IMG/VR virus record: IMGVR_UViG_3300045125_000034
Location: 32,001-96,000 of that record
Direction: 5' to 3' (one strand)
From: a virus
DNA: 64,000 nt
Both the position numbers and the translations under genes were made by a program. Under the pieces are notes generated by a model. That model ran no database searches, was not told where the DNA came from, and saw nothing but the letters and a program-made list of their open reading frames with translations. The stretch's first letter is position 1. Each line of letters begins with the position of its first letter. Positions 44,657 through 57,316 of the stretch are shown piece after piece.

Positions 44657-45077
44657 ATGAAGCGTTTCACAGAATTCCTGAAGGAGACTTCCATAGTGAC
44701 CGACCGCCAAATGGTCAAGAAGTCCTATGGCTCCTTCCACGGGCAAGGTACTGTCTTTGTGTGGGTAGCCATCTCAAAGGGCAAGGTATACAAGACAGGA
44801 AAGATTGCGTCAGTAGATGTCACAGATGCCGGCGAAGGCAGCAGTTAGACAGATCGCTCATGATTTGCAGGCAGATGTTGACACCATGCGTGTCGGCCTG
44901 GCAGAGATGGTAAGACCTTGGCTGGATGTTGATGTGACAAGAGTGGAGTCATCTCAACATCGCGGTAGACATCGGAGACTTGGGAGATTTGGACAAGCCC
45001 GAAGGAACAGGCAAAGCTTCAAGAAATCAAAGCCACCAAGAAACCAATCACTAGCAATCACAAAACTGAATTTCTAA
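44657..45077 (+). CDS. Putative internal head protein (capsid-targeting N-terminus MKRFTEFLKE)
   Basis: Late TAAATA at 44646; N-terminus matches the T4 internal-protein capsid-targeting sequence. Confidence 0.55.
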
Positions 45078-45093
45078 ACAAGGAGTTTACATA

Positions 45094-45871
45094 ATGGATA
45101 CTTTGAAGATGGATGATCGCCATACCGTTAAGGTTTTGGACCGAGGGTTCGTGAAGTACATTGACCATATGGGAAGCGACTTGATGGTAGCCAATGCCGC
45201 CCGTGTCTCGTTCAACAAGGCGAGTGATTGGGACGTGGAAGGAACCTCCATTGGAGTGGTTCCCGCGAACACAAACTATCGGAACGGGATCAGAAACTCG
45301 TCAAGTATCTTGCAACTCACAAGCATTGGACTCCCGTTTGCTCATCCGCAGCATTACCTTGCACATCAAGGCTCCAACCTCCATTCGAGATCGCTAACTC
45401 TTCAAGCACAAGCAAGGGTTTGTGGAGCAGCCTTGAAGTGAGCCGTCGTTATGCGGTAAAGGGACGAACCTTTGACTTCTATGTGCCTGATTGGCGTTCT
45501 GCTCCAACCAACGGAGCCAAGCAGGGTAGCGATGACTTCATGACAGAACTAGTAACAAACGATCTAGACCGTGCCTACAGCCGTGTCGCTCTTGATGCTG
45601 TGGATACTTACAACATGCTTCTTACAGGAGGGTGTTGCCCCCGAGCAGGGCCGGGATTTGTTCCACACTCAAGGCACTTTACACCGAGTGGTGGTGGACA
45701 GGAAGTCTTGCCGCATACGCCCGCGTGTACGCACTACGCTCAGACCTGCATGCTCAATGGGAAGTACGGGAATACGCAAAACGCTATTTATCTTCGATTA
45801 GACCGCTATTCCCCTCTGTGTCGTGGGAGGCTCTTTGCCCACCCCTAAATACCTCTAATGGAGCAGTCTGA
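45094..45871 (+). CDS. thyX: Flavin-dependent thymidylate synthase (frameshifted)
   Basis: DHMGSDLMVANAARVSF, YLATHKHWTPF, EVSRRY, GAKQGS, EQ.R, YTEWWWTGSL, HAQWEVREYA. Confidence 0.92.
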
Positions 45872-47693
45872 CTGGTCAAATCAAGAGCCATCCGACGAGA
45901 AAGAATTCCTTCCAAGAGTTTGCAGAGTTCTTGGAGTCGGATACCGAGTCAAAACCTTTAAGAGAGGTTGCCGATGGTCTACAGGAGAGCAAGGCGAACG
46001 CGGAATGCGGGTCTTCGTGGTCTCCGTGGTATTACAGACCGAAAGGTGAGAAGTGGTGACAAGCGTGAGAGGCGAAAGCGCGGAAAGGGTGCGACGGGCT
46101 ATTCAGGATCGCAGGGAGCCACGGGCGCACAAGGACTTCAGGGTGCTACGGGGCCACAGGGAGAGAAAGGTGAGAGAGGAGATCGCGGAGAACAGGGAGA
46201 ATCCGGGTCCTCAAGGGGTATCTGGCGCCCGCAAGGCAAAGTGGGCGAGAAAGGTGAGAGAGGGGATAAGGGAGAGCAGGGAGCAAAGGGCGAGAAGGGG
46301 TCCAAAGGGAGATCGCGGAGAGAAAGGCGATACGGGCGAAAAAGGCGATACTGGACTGAGACGAGATGGGTCTGTAGGTCCACAAGGAGAGCAAGGTCCA
46401 AAGGGAGACAAGGGTGATCGTGGTGAACGCGGACCCAAGGGCGACAAGGGTGATCGCGGGGATGTTGGACCAAGAGGCGACAACGGTGAACGAGGCGAGA
46501 AGGGTGATCGTGGTGATGTTGGTCCCACAGGTCCGCAAGGAGAGACAGGAGTTCTGCTAAGTACCCACTAAAGTACGGATGCCAAGAAGAAACTACTAAC
46601 CATAGACACCACAAAGTTGGTTGGTGGCGGTAGTGTAAGCCGAGATGGTGGCGGTGGTGGTCTTGATACGGCGTTCAAGTACATATCGGTATCGGGGCAA
46701 TCAGGTCTTACCTCAGTTCATACGATGCGGAGACTTTGACTTTCATTGGTGGGTACTGGCGTTAACATAACAACAGATTCATCAACAAATAAGCCTATCC
46801 ATATCTGCTACGGGTGGTGGCGGTGGCGGCACCCACCTTGCCCAATTTTACCTTTTCTGATACAGCCCCCCGCTAAGCAATAGATGGAGATAGGTGGTTT
46901 AATAGTACAAATGGAATTTTGCACACTTACATGTATGATGGGATTCTGGACAATGGGTTCAGAGTGACAGCGGAATCGGTGGGGATAATGGTAGTGATGG
47001 TGCTACAGGAGTTGCGGGTGCTACAGGATCAACGGGCAAAACCAAGTGCTACAGGATCAACAGGAAACATCGGTGCTATGAAAACACAGGATCAACAGGT
47101 AACACAGGTGCTACAGGATCAACAGGAAACACAGGTGATACTGACCACAGGGCAACACAGGTTCAACAGGGAAACACAGGAAAACACAGGATCAACTGGT
47201 AACACAGGTGCTACAGGATCAACAGGCAACATCGGTGCTACAGGAAACACAGGATCAACGGGGTCAGACAGGTGCTACAGGTCAAACTGGTGCAACGTAC
47301 AGACAGATCAACGGGTCGACAGGATCAACTGGTAACACAGGAGCAACGGGTCAGACCGGGCGTTACAGGAAACACAGGTATACTGGACCACAGGGCAACA
47401 CAGGTTCAACAGGAAACACAGGTTCAACAGGAAACACAGGTGCTACAGGTAACACAGGTGCTACAGGTAACACAGGTGATACTGGACCACAGGGCAACAC
47501 AGGTTCAATGGTGCCCAGGTGCTACAGGAAACACAGGTGCTACAGGGAAACACAGGTGCTACAGGTAACACAGGTTCAACAGGAAACACAGGTTCAACAG
47601 GAAACACAGGTGCTAAGCATAGGTCAAACAGGTAACAGGGAGCACTCGTCCGCAGGACCTTGATTTGTGATTGCTATGGCAATAGCCCTATAA
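45858..47693 (+). CDS. Collagen-like fibre protein (frameshifted)
   Basis: Charged G-X-Y repeats (GEKGDRGE) at 45980-46550, then G-X-T repeats (GSTGNTGAT) at 46990-47640; ends FVIAMAIAL*. Confidence 0.8.
46990..47640 (+). repeat. 9-bp-unit coding repeat (G-X-T collagen triplets)
   Basis: Recurrent ACAGGTGCT / ACAGGATCA / ACAGGAAAC units. Confidence 0.85.
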
Positions 47694-47709
47694 ATACACA
47701 GGAGAACCC

Positions 47710-48364
47710 ATGAAGAAACTACTAGGACAAGACGCATCAGGCACATACGCATTCAACCCCACAGCCAAAACTGTGACATTTTCAGGGTTGAGTCAGGCTA
47801 TCACTCTAGCCAACATTCTTCTCATTACCAATGTCACCGCAAACACCATTATCTACAATTTTGCCAGTTCATCCACAGGTGCGGTGAGTTTTGCCAACAA
47901 TGTGCTGACGCTTGACTACGACACCACATCCATGAACTCTAGCAGGATGTGCTGCAAGTCTATCTTGACCTTGCAGGTGAGGAATCCCTTCACGACCTTC
48001 TTCGCCGCATGAACAAACTGCTGGAAAGCAATGCGGTGGTGGACACCGATTGCGTCAGAGAGTGGCGATTGATGCCATTGGAACCAGCACTGCTGGTTCT
48101 GCACCAACCGAAGTTAACGCAACTGTTCCTGTTTCTGGTACGGTTACGGCAACGGTCTATCGGATCCATGACAACTATATCCATAGGAGCAATAACGATA
48201 TTCAGTATGCACAGAGCAGTCAGGTTAATCCATATGCAAGTCACAAGCAATGTTACACTTGTGCTAGGACTATGAACGGCTCGATTGACGAGCGTTGGCG
48301 TATTGCCGATGATGCAAGAAACCTTTATGCTTCCGCAATTCGCTCTAAACTTTCATTCTCATAA
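47710..48364 (+). CDS. Virion structural / fibre-associated protein
   Basis: TATAAATA at 47689 and RBS; YAFNPTAKTVTF..ILLITNVT..IIYNF..LTLDYDTTSM. Confidence 0.65.
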
Positions 48365-48376
48365 TAGGATTAAACA

Positions 48377-51296
48377 ATGGCAGTAACTAATCTACTAAAG
48401 ACACAAGTTGACCAACCCGTATTTGAGTGGTTGCGTTTTGCTCCTGTAGCAACAGTCGGCACTTCAGCACTCACAAGCCAAAACGACCAATCAGGACGCT
48501 ACTTCTGGTATGTGAACGCACAGGCTCTTTGGCGTTACGACACCTATTCAGACTCATGGCAAGAACTCGCACCACCGAATACTGCATCTACCACCTCAAC
48601 CACCGCTAAATGGCAGCTCAACCAACAGGTAATCGTGGTCACATCTATTGCTGCCACATCCGATACCATAACCACAGGATTTGTAGGCAGAAAACTTCCG
48701 GGCAGGAACCAAGATTCGTATTATTGCAGGCAAAGGTGCAGGACAAGAGCGAACCATCCTCAAGCGTTGCTGACCCTGTAATTGCAGACTTTGGAATTAT
48801 TACTGCCACCTCAGGTGCGCTTACTTTATCAGACAGCACCAAAAAGTGGCGAGTTCAACCAATGGGACGGATACACTTGCCGATTGGTATTAAACCAAGG
48901 TATGAGTCAGTTCCGCAAGATTCAGTATAACGAGCACCACAACCCTGACTTTCTCGGATATCAACTGGCAAGCAATAGATTCGTGGAATAATACTGGATG
49001 GTCCATAGTATCGCCATACGCTGCTCCTCTATCCACGGCAGGCTCACAGGGTCACTACCAAATTGAATCTCAAGTGCTTACCGTTGACTCTTCATGGACT
49101 GTTACCCCCGACCAAAGTTCAGTTTACATGATTATGGAAGGCGGCATGTGGATGCTTACTTCAACTTTGCATCAACACCTTTGCTGTTCTGCAATGGTAT
49201 GATGCCTTGACTGACGCATGGGCGACTAAAACTCCTGTTAGCGGACATTTTACTGCTGGTGTAGCAAGCGGTAACAACGACCTTGCGTTTGAGCGAATTG
49301 GTGAGGTTGGTGGTGCTACTGCGGGTGCTAATGGTGCGTTTGTCTCGGGACCTACTGCAACCGCAGGAGCAGCGTATACTTTGACTGACAGCGGCGTAAC
49401 TATGGAGCGTGACCGTTACGCCAACTACGAATTGCGTATCACTTCAGGAACAGGTATAGGTCAGAAGCGTAGAATTGTAGGCAACAGCCCAACCGCATTT
49501 TATGTGAATCGCAAGTGGGATATCACGCCAGACAACACTTCTGTTTACGCTGTATACGGCAACACAAATCTTATATGGTTGTCTAACGGAGGCGGTGGTT
49601 CTGCTCTTCACGGATATGCTGTGGAAGAAGACATTTGGCACTCGGCTCACCTTACCGATTACGGCATTGCCAGCAAACATTACTGCAACACCATCTGCCG
49701 CGCAGGATATGGTCCTCCACACGAAGGGTTTGCTGTTACATCTATTGTTCGCACCACAAGCGGAATTCTTTCAGGCACGGTAAACGCCGCAGGCACAGGG
49801 TATGTGGTTGGTGATTTGGTGACTTGTTCTACCACAGGAACTCTTGGCACATTCTTTGTGACTGCTGTAAACACCTCTACAGGTGCAGTCACCGCTCTTG
49901 AACTTGCAGCAAGCGGTTCAGGTTACGCGAACGGTTCGTCCAACACTACAGGTGGTTCTGGTTCCGGCCCGCAATTACACTAACGGTTGGAACAACGGCT
50001 CTTGTAACCACAGCCATGAACCACGATTTCCGTCCTCCTATAGCGGGGTTGCACAAGAGTCTGTGACAATTGCAGGCTGTGCAACCGGATACTTCATTCA
50101 ATGCTACATTCAACGTGATTGGCGTGAGCAGTTACGTCATTCTCTATTGCTGCTCCAAGCAGTAGTGCATCACCAACCGCAGCATCATCACAATCCACTA
50201 CTTGTTTGTGGACGCTGCCAAAAACTGGGATACCAACGAATTGGTGGGCAAGATACTGGTCATATGGACATCAGGAGTTACCCCAACGGTGCAGGCTCGT
50301 AAGATTTCTGCAAATACGGCTACCACCATTTCATTCTCTTCAGGTGCAATCACCGCAGCAACCAACGGCACAAGCCGTTACGCCATACAAGAGCCAAGAG
50401 CGTTTGGTGCGGCGGTGGTAGACAAAGTTGCAACCCGTTCTCCGTTTGGATGGGCTACATCAGGAACCGCAACCACTTTGGTGGACAGCACTAAAACTCG
50501 GACACGCAATCAATGGACCAACTCACCGTGTTCGTATTATTTCAGGAACAGGCATCAGGAAACGAATCGGTTGTTACAGGTAATACTGCAACCACTCTGA
50601 CTGTTGCATCGTGGGGTGTTGCTACACCTGATACTACATCCAAATACGAAATCTTGGACTCACACGGAATCGTTACAACAGGCGGCACAAACTCGTTTAC
50701 CGATTCCGCTAAAAACTACACAACCAACATCTTGGTGGGTAAGCGTTGCAGAATCATTGCAGGAACCGCTATGGGCAACGAAGCCACAATTACTGCAAAT
50801 ACCGCAACGACTATTACTGCCGCAGTAGGAACCACAGATACCACAAGCGTGTATGTGGTATACGAGCCAACAACAACAGGTGCAGGTCAAGGATTGATAT
50901 ACCCATATAATCTGACTGATTCTGCACGAAAGGGAAGAATTTTAGTGGCTCCCGTGGTGCTGCTTCCACTCAGATTAACATTTACGATATTCCCACAAAC
51001 ACATGGCAGATTACCGAATATTTTCAACCACAAACTGTAACTCTGACCACAGGTTCCATGTTTGCGTATGATGGTGCAGACTCAATACTGTTCACAAAGG
51101 ATACCACAGGTCGTGTATAACGAAATGAAGTTGGATACTCTTTGAAATTTATCCATCGGGAATTACGCCATATGCACATGGTACGGCAGTAATCAATAAC
51201 CGAATGGAAGTTGTAAAAACTGTAGATGGTTTGAAGTATCTGTATATCATGCGTCATTCTGGATTTGAAATGTGGAGAACGCTGAAGTTCTGGTAA
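48377..51296 (+). CDS. Large tail/receptor-binding-like protein with repeated beta modules (frameshifted)
   Basis: Repeated TLxDxxKxWxxN..GxxxRIxxGTxxG..IxxNTxxT modules and Kelch-like WRYD..DSWQEL segments. Confidence 0.65.
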
Positions 51297-51308
51297 TAGG
51301 AGAACCCG

Positions 51309-51615
51309 ATGGCACTACAAAAAACAATCTATACGGCAGACAACACAGGAGCATCGTCTAACTACTGGAAGATTCGTTCTGTGTTATTGAATCACACAGA
51401 AGGCAATGGAACGATAACAATAGACGGATATGTTTCAGAGCAAGCACGGCAAACAGGTCGTGTTCCGCTTGAGACTAGAGTTGTTCCTGTAAGCGAATAC
51501 CCAACTCGGTTTTCTCCCTGCGGCTATTGATGAGGCAGGGATGAACGAAGTAAAGGCTGGTTATGTGTTTCTGAAAAGCCTAGTTGCGGACTCTCAAGGT
51601 TCAGAGGATGTTTGA
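51309..51615 (+). CDS. Small fibre-associated protein
   Basis: RBS GGAG; MALQKTI..G..NYWKI..GYVSEQAR. Confidence 0.55.
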
Positions 51616-52005
51616 AGTTTGCTTCGTAATTTATGGACCCAATCAAGAAAATAAACCTAAAAAGAGGACTTACAAGCGGCAGTCAGCCCATTCAGAGTTG
51701 TCTTTTGGTGAACTGGCAGTCAATACATTTGATCGCAAGTTCTTCATGGGTTCTAGTCAAGATGAGGTTCTTGACTTTCCAATAGAGAGAACCTTCTTCT
51801 ATGAAACAGCCACCGCATTTCAATATGACTTGGATGCAGGAGCCTTCGGGGCAACTTGCTCAGAGTATCATTTCAAGTTTGGCGACAGACTGTTGCTTAG
51901 GGATACATTAGACCAGCTTTGGTATATCTTCCTGCTACGGGAGGAACTGGAACAACCGCTGATTGTATTCCGGGAGTGTGGGTTGAACTTCCGGGAGGAG
52001 TGATA

Positions 52006-52293
52006 ATGCCAGTACAGTTCCCATCCAATCCCTCACCAAATGAAACTTATGTTTATCCGGGTCTACCCGCAGCGAGTGTCTATTGGCAATGGAACGGGTT
52101 TGGTTGGGCGTTCAGAGGAGCAACAGGGGGAGTAGAGCCACCATCAGCCCTTGTGCCGGGCCAAACTCAAATAGTCCTGTTCCAATCCTACGAAAACCAA
52201 GGAATTCCTATGGGAGCAGATACAGGTGCTTTGTGGTTCAACACCGACAGCGGGATTCTATACACCTATGTGGGCGGGCAGTACAGGATTTGA
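52006..52293 (+). CDS. Structural protein with an FPSNP..WQWNG..W module
   Basis: MPVQFPSNP..YWQWNGFGW, GALWFNTDSG.LY.Y; the same module begins the next gene. Confidence 0.55.
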   Translation: MPVQFPSNPSPNETYVYPGLPAASVYWQWNGFGWAFRGATGGVEPPSALVPGQTQIVLFQSYENQGIPMGADTGALWFNTDSGILYTYVGGQYRI

Positions 52294-52349
52294 GGACGCA
52301 TGGGTTCAGGCAACCATCCTAAATAACGATATCACACTACCTTCGTAAT

Positions 52350-55300
52350 ATGCAATTCCCATCATCTCCAACACCCGCGACACTTACAGCATCGGCAACA
52401 AGACATGGCGATGGAATGGTTTCGCTTGGGACTCCGTAATAGTAGACCTGAATGTAACTGGCAATCTCACCGTAGGCGGCAACATGACCGTCAGCGGAGG
52501 GGTTACCTCATCTTTCAGCGAGACCCTTGTAATAGAAGACAACATCATACTGCTGAACTCTAATGTCACGGGCGGGTCTCCATCCGAGAACGCAGGCATA
52601 GAAGTTAGCCGTGGTGCTTCTGCGAATGTTCAGTTGCGTTGGAATGAGAGTACAGACAAGTGGCAGTTCACCAACGATGGTACTGCCTACTACAACATAC
52701 CAACGGCTGATTATGTCAGCAGCATAACCGGCACAACAAATCAGATAAGTGTAAGCGGAAGCACGGGGAGTGTGGTTGTAGGGATTCCTAACAGCCCGTA
52801 CATACCCGGCAATCTATCCATAACAGGCTCAAACATAACAATCGTAGGCACTCGTTATGCTCCTAGTTACTTGACATTCAATACAGGTAATACCGCCGAG
52901 ACCCCCTATACGAATCAGGAATAGTCATAAACCGTGGTAGTTTAGGAACGCCTGCGTCTTTCTATTTTGCAGAAGCCAATCCCTATTATCCGGGAGGACC
53001 ATTACCTGCACGGTGGGTCTATACCAACGGAACAGATACTTCGTATTTGCCCGCATCAATGACAGATTTTGCGGTAAAGAATGCCAACAATAACTTTAGT
53101 GCTTCCCAAACTATATCAACGGGTGGAGGTTCTATTACTCTAGTTGATACAGACACCTCCCACGCCATGTCTGTTCTTCCTGCTAATGGTTATTTGCAAT
53201 ACGAAGATAATAGTGTTTCTAGTACACAAGTTTTGCAGTTTGCAGATTTGTATACAGCAGCAGGAGGCGGTGGGTTAGACCCAACTCCGGTCAACTATAC
53301 AGTAACTCTACCTGCTGCAACCTGTACACTTGCAGGACTTGGTTTAGCACAAACATTCTCTGCTTTACAGACCTTTACGGCAGGAATCACAGCCGATTCC
53401 CTATATGTTTCTGGTGGTGCTACATTCTCAAGTACTGTTGATGTTTTCGGAGATCTTCATGCTCCAAACATCGTCTACTCATTTGGTGGCAAAACAGGAA
53501 CAGTTGGTGCAGGCATAACAAGCACCCAAATCCTGTATTGGAGTGCGAATGATGTCACGGGGTCAAACAACTTCACCTTTGATGGCGTTGATGTTGTAAC
53601 CCTAGCAGACACAGGGACACTTTACGGGAAGGTTCTTGGGTCCAACTCTTGTACCCATCAAGAACACATCGGGCGGAACTATCACAAAAGGAACTCCGCT
53701 TTACGCAACGGGTTCTGTAGGAAATAGCGGCGTAGTAGAAGTAGCAGGATGTAGTGCATCCGACTCTACAAAGATGCCTGCAATCGGTCTTGCAGCAGAA
53801 ACCTTGGGTATAAACGGACAAGGACATGCTGTTGTCTTTGGTGTAATCAAGAATGTGGACACAACAGGCTACTCTATAAACGGAACCGTATTCGTTGCTC
53901 CTAACGGCGGTCTAACCGGAACGAAACCAACAGGAGCAAACGACCAAATTCAAAATGTTGGTCGCGTGGTTCGGGTTCACGCATCCACAGGTGAAATTCT
54001 TGTAAGTGCAATTGGCAGAAGCAACGATGTTCCGAACATACTTCAGGCTCGTTCTTATCTTCTGATGCCCAACGGTCAGACCGCGACTTCTGTAGTTACA
54101 ACTTGGAACGGTGCTAGTGGTCCAGTGAACCTTCAACAACTATGTTTCATCCAATGTCGCGGGCGTGGGTATAGCGGTCAGTTCAGCAACGGGCGCAGTA
54201 ACCATAAGCAATGTTGGTGTTACATCGGTCAACGGTGCAACGGGAGCGATTGCAAACATTGCAGTAACCAACGCAGCAGCAGACTTTCAGCGGATTGCAG
54301 ACATTCACCAACTGGTCTGTCTTCGGGATCTACGATCACAGTCAATAACGCAGTTCAGGGGCTAACAAATAGCAACTCACTTGTCTTGAGGACTGCGGTC
54401 AACAAGTTCAAACTATATCACCATAGGTGCTACCGGAGAACAACATGACTATTGCTCCCGGCAGCGGTAGTCTAATGCGTGTGACTACGGGGTATGGTTC
54501 GGTGTTTGGTCAGACTTCTGAGCTGTCAAAGAGCCAAATTGGTACTACAGGGAAACGATAACGACACTCTAACCTTTGATGTAACCATAGACCCATCATC
54601 TGCACTATCGGCTAGTAGAACTCTTGACCTGCCCCGATGCTTCGATGGAACTATCGCTCTAACAAACTCTGTAGTTACCTCTGCGGTCGCGGGCGTAGGT
54701 ATCGCGGTTAGTGGTGCTACAGGTGCAGTAACTATAAGCAACAGAGGCGTAACCTCATTCAATGGTTCAACAGGAGCAATCACCTATTACCCACCGACTG
54801 CTACCACAAGCGTCACGGGTATGGCTTCGTTTGACACCAACAACTTCTCGGTATCAAGCGGTGCAGTAGTATCAAGGCGGGAGGTGTAACTAACGGTTCT
54901 CTCGCCAACTCTTCAGTTACGGTAACGGCGGGTGTTGGATTAGCAGGAGGCGGCTCGGTTGCTTTGGGGTCTTCGGTAACCCTGAACAATGTTGGTGTAA
55001 CTTCGTTCAATGGTTCAACAGGAGCAGTCACTTACGCTCCACCTCCAGCCACCTCAAGCGTTACAGGTGTTGCATCGTTCGGTAATCAGTTCAATGTTTC
55101 AGCAGCAGGAGCAGTGATCTCTAACTGCTAACTATGTCTCAAGTGTCAACGGTTCAACAGGAGCAGTTGTTAGCGTAGCAGTCACAGGAGCCAATACATT
55201 CACGGGACTACAAACCATGAATGCAGTGGATTAACTGCAACAACCATATATGCAACGAGTGGTGCTACTTTTGCGGGCGCGGTGTCATCGGATACAGGCT

Positions 55301-55603
55301 ATCGGGTTTCATCAAGTGCGGTAAACACTCAAACAGGAACTACCTACAGCCTAACTGCTTCAGACAACGGTAAAATCATCACCATGAACAATGGTGCTAC
55401 AAGTACTGTAACTGTAATTGGTGGTCTTCCTGTAGGATTCAACGCAACAATCATTCAGTTGGGTGCAGGAAGTGTTGGCTTTACTTCGGCTAGCGGTGTT
55501 ACCTTGAACAGTTTTGCCTCTTCTCTAAACATGGCAGGACAGCACGGTGCTGCTACTGTGATAGCCTATGCAACCAACATCTTCAATCTATCGGGAACCT
55601 TGA
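52350..55603 (+). CDS. Long tail-fibre-like protein (frameshifted)
   Basis: IEDNIILLNS..AGIEV.RG..WNESTDKW; KNTSGGTITKGTP..MPAIG; repeated VTSFNGSTGAV; C-terminal NTQTGTTYSL..DNGK..GFNATIIQLGAG. Confidence 0.75.
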
Positions 55604-55607
55604 CTGT

Positions 55608-56598
55608 ATGGATTACCATACCATCTGCCCGTGGGGTTATTACTCGTTCCCCGATGGCTGAAGAGGGAGTAGTTACAACCAAAAAGTCTTCAGGAACATT
55701 TCCGCTTGTATGTAGCAGTATGCGTCCTCGATAGCGGGGGTTATAATTACACCACGATGAGAGTAACAGTTCTTTGGTGGGATGGAACCAAAACAACACA
55801 GAGTTATGATGTTGGTTTTACTCCAGAACTTGGTGGAGGAATAATGTGTGATATACCATTTACATTCAGCAAGAGTGTAAGTAGCCCATACAACAATACT
55901 AACGATAAAATAGTGCGGGTGTTTCTATCTGATGCAAACGGAAAAGCATTAGGCTACAAGAAAAATGCTTGGATATCCACATTAAATGTTATGGACACTA
56001 TTGCATACTCAGATAACGGAGTAAGTGCAATTGATGTTTCTGGATTGAGTAGATTGGGTGAGTTGACTACAGAATTAAACCAAAATCTAACTACGCTAAA
56101 TCGTTTACCAAAATCATTAGTGTATATCTTTAGCGGAAATTGCGGTCTCACAAATGTAAATGTTACTGGTTTAACAAATCTTTCATCTCTTCATGTATAT
56201 GCATCGGCATTAACTTCTTGATGTATCTTCATGTACGGGGCTAACCGATCTTTGGGCTTTTTCCTGCAATTTAACGGGAACACTAACCCTAAATGGATTG
56301 AGTGGTCTTTCCGTAGTTAAAGTACACGGCAATCCTAATTTGACATCTGTTCGTGCTATGGGGGTTGGTGGTAACATGGGTACTTATTACTCATATTCAA
56401 GTTATTCAGTCTTCTATTCGGGCATGAATGTCAGCCTGCAATCTGAGTGGATCTGCTTTGAATCAACTTTATACAGATTTGGATACTCCTTCGTCAGGAC
56501 CAAATGCATACCTTATAGTTGGAAATCAGGCAGGAGGAGGAGAAGCATCAGACACTCCAAGTATTGCTACCAATAAGGGTTATACAGTTCTACTTTAG
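55608..56598 (+). CDS. Leucine-rich-repeat-like protein (frameshifted)
   Basis: IDVSGLSRL.EL..N.NLTTL, NCGLTNVNVTGLTNLSSL, LDVSSCTGLTDL, GNPNLTSV. Confidence 0.6.
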
Positions 56599-56613
56599 TG
56601 ATGGCGCACCCCC

Positions 56614-57204
56614 ATGAGATATTTTATCACCCCAAACTATAGTCTTGCGTTCATACCAAAGCAGCGGCTGTTCTACTCTTGCTCGCTGTGTAATAGATTC
56701 CTTCCAGCTCTTCCGAAAATTTCTCAATAGAAAACGGAGCGTATCCCGAAGGCAGAAGTGCCGACACCTCTCAATGGCAATGGATGGCAAAGGTGGAACA
56801 CACACCAACCAAACCAATACTTGCATTCATACGCGAACCGCTGTCTCGCTTTCTTTCTGCTATGGCACAGTTTGGGCTAACTGATGTTCCTGCTGCTATA
56901 GAGTCTCTTACAGCGGGAACGCATCTACAACTACGCAGAAGAACCATAGACCTATCAGTGAAATCCGCATTTCTTGCCGCAGATAAAGTGGGTAGATGCC
57001 AATACCAAACTGTATAAATTTCCGCACCATCTAAACGAAGGTGCATTGGAAATAGGATTCACTCTACCACTACCAACAATTAATGCAGCCTCAAATCCAA
57101 AACCTGTTCCCACTCCCGAACAAGAAGCAGCAATACTTCAGTACTACGCAGAAGATACGATTCTTTACAATTCAATCACGACACCACGTGAATTACAGGA
57201 ATAG
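56614..57204 (+). CDS. Sulfotransferase-family protein (frameshifted)
   Basis: AFIP.SGCSTL (5'-PSB-like), AFIREPLSRFLSA (3'-PB), LPTIN, YYAED..LY. Confidence 0.7.
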
Positions 57205-57229
57205 TTGAAGGCGTATCTCTGCAACAGAA

Positions 57230-57257
57230 TTGACATCAGCAAAATCTGTGGTATACT
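57230..57257 (+). promoter_or_regulatory. sigma70-type promoter
   Basis: TTGACA-N16-TATACT with TGn. Confidence 0.75.
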
Positions 57258-57316
57258 AGGCGTAATCAAAGCGTCTGTTCCTACATACAGGAACAAGACA
57301 ACTAGGGAGAAATGCT

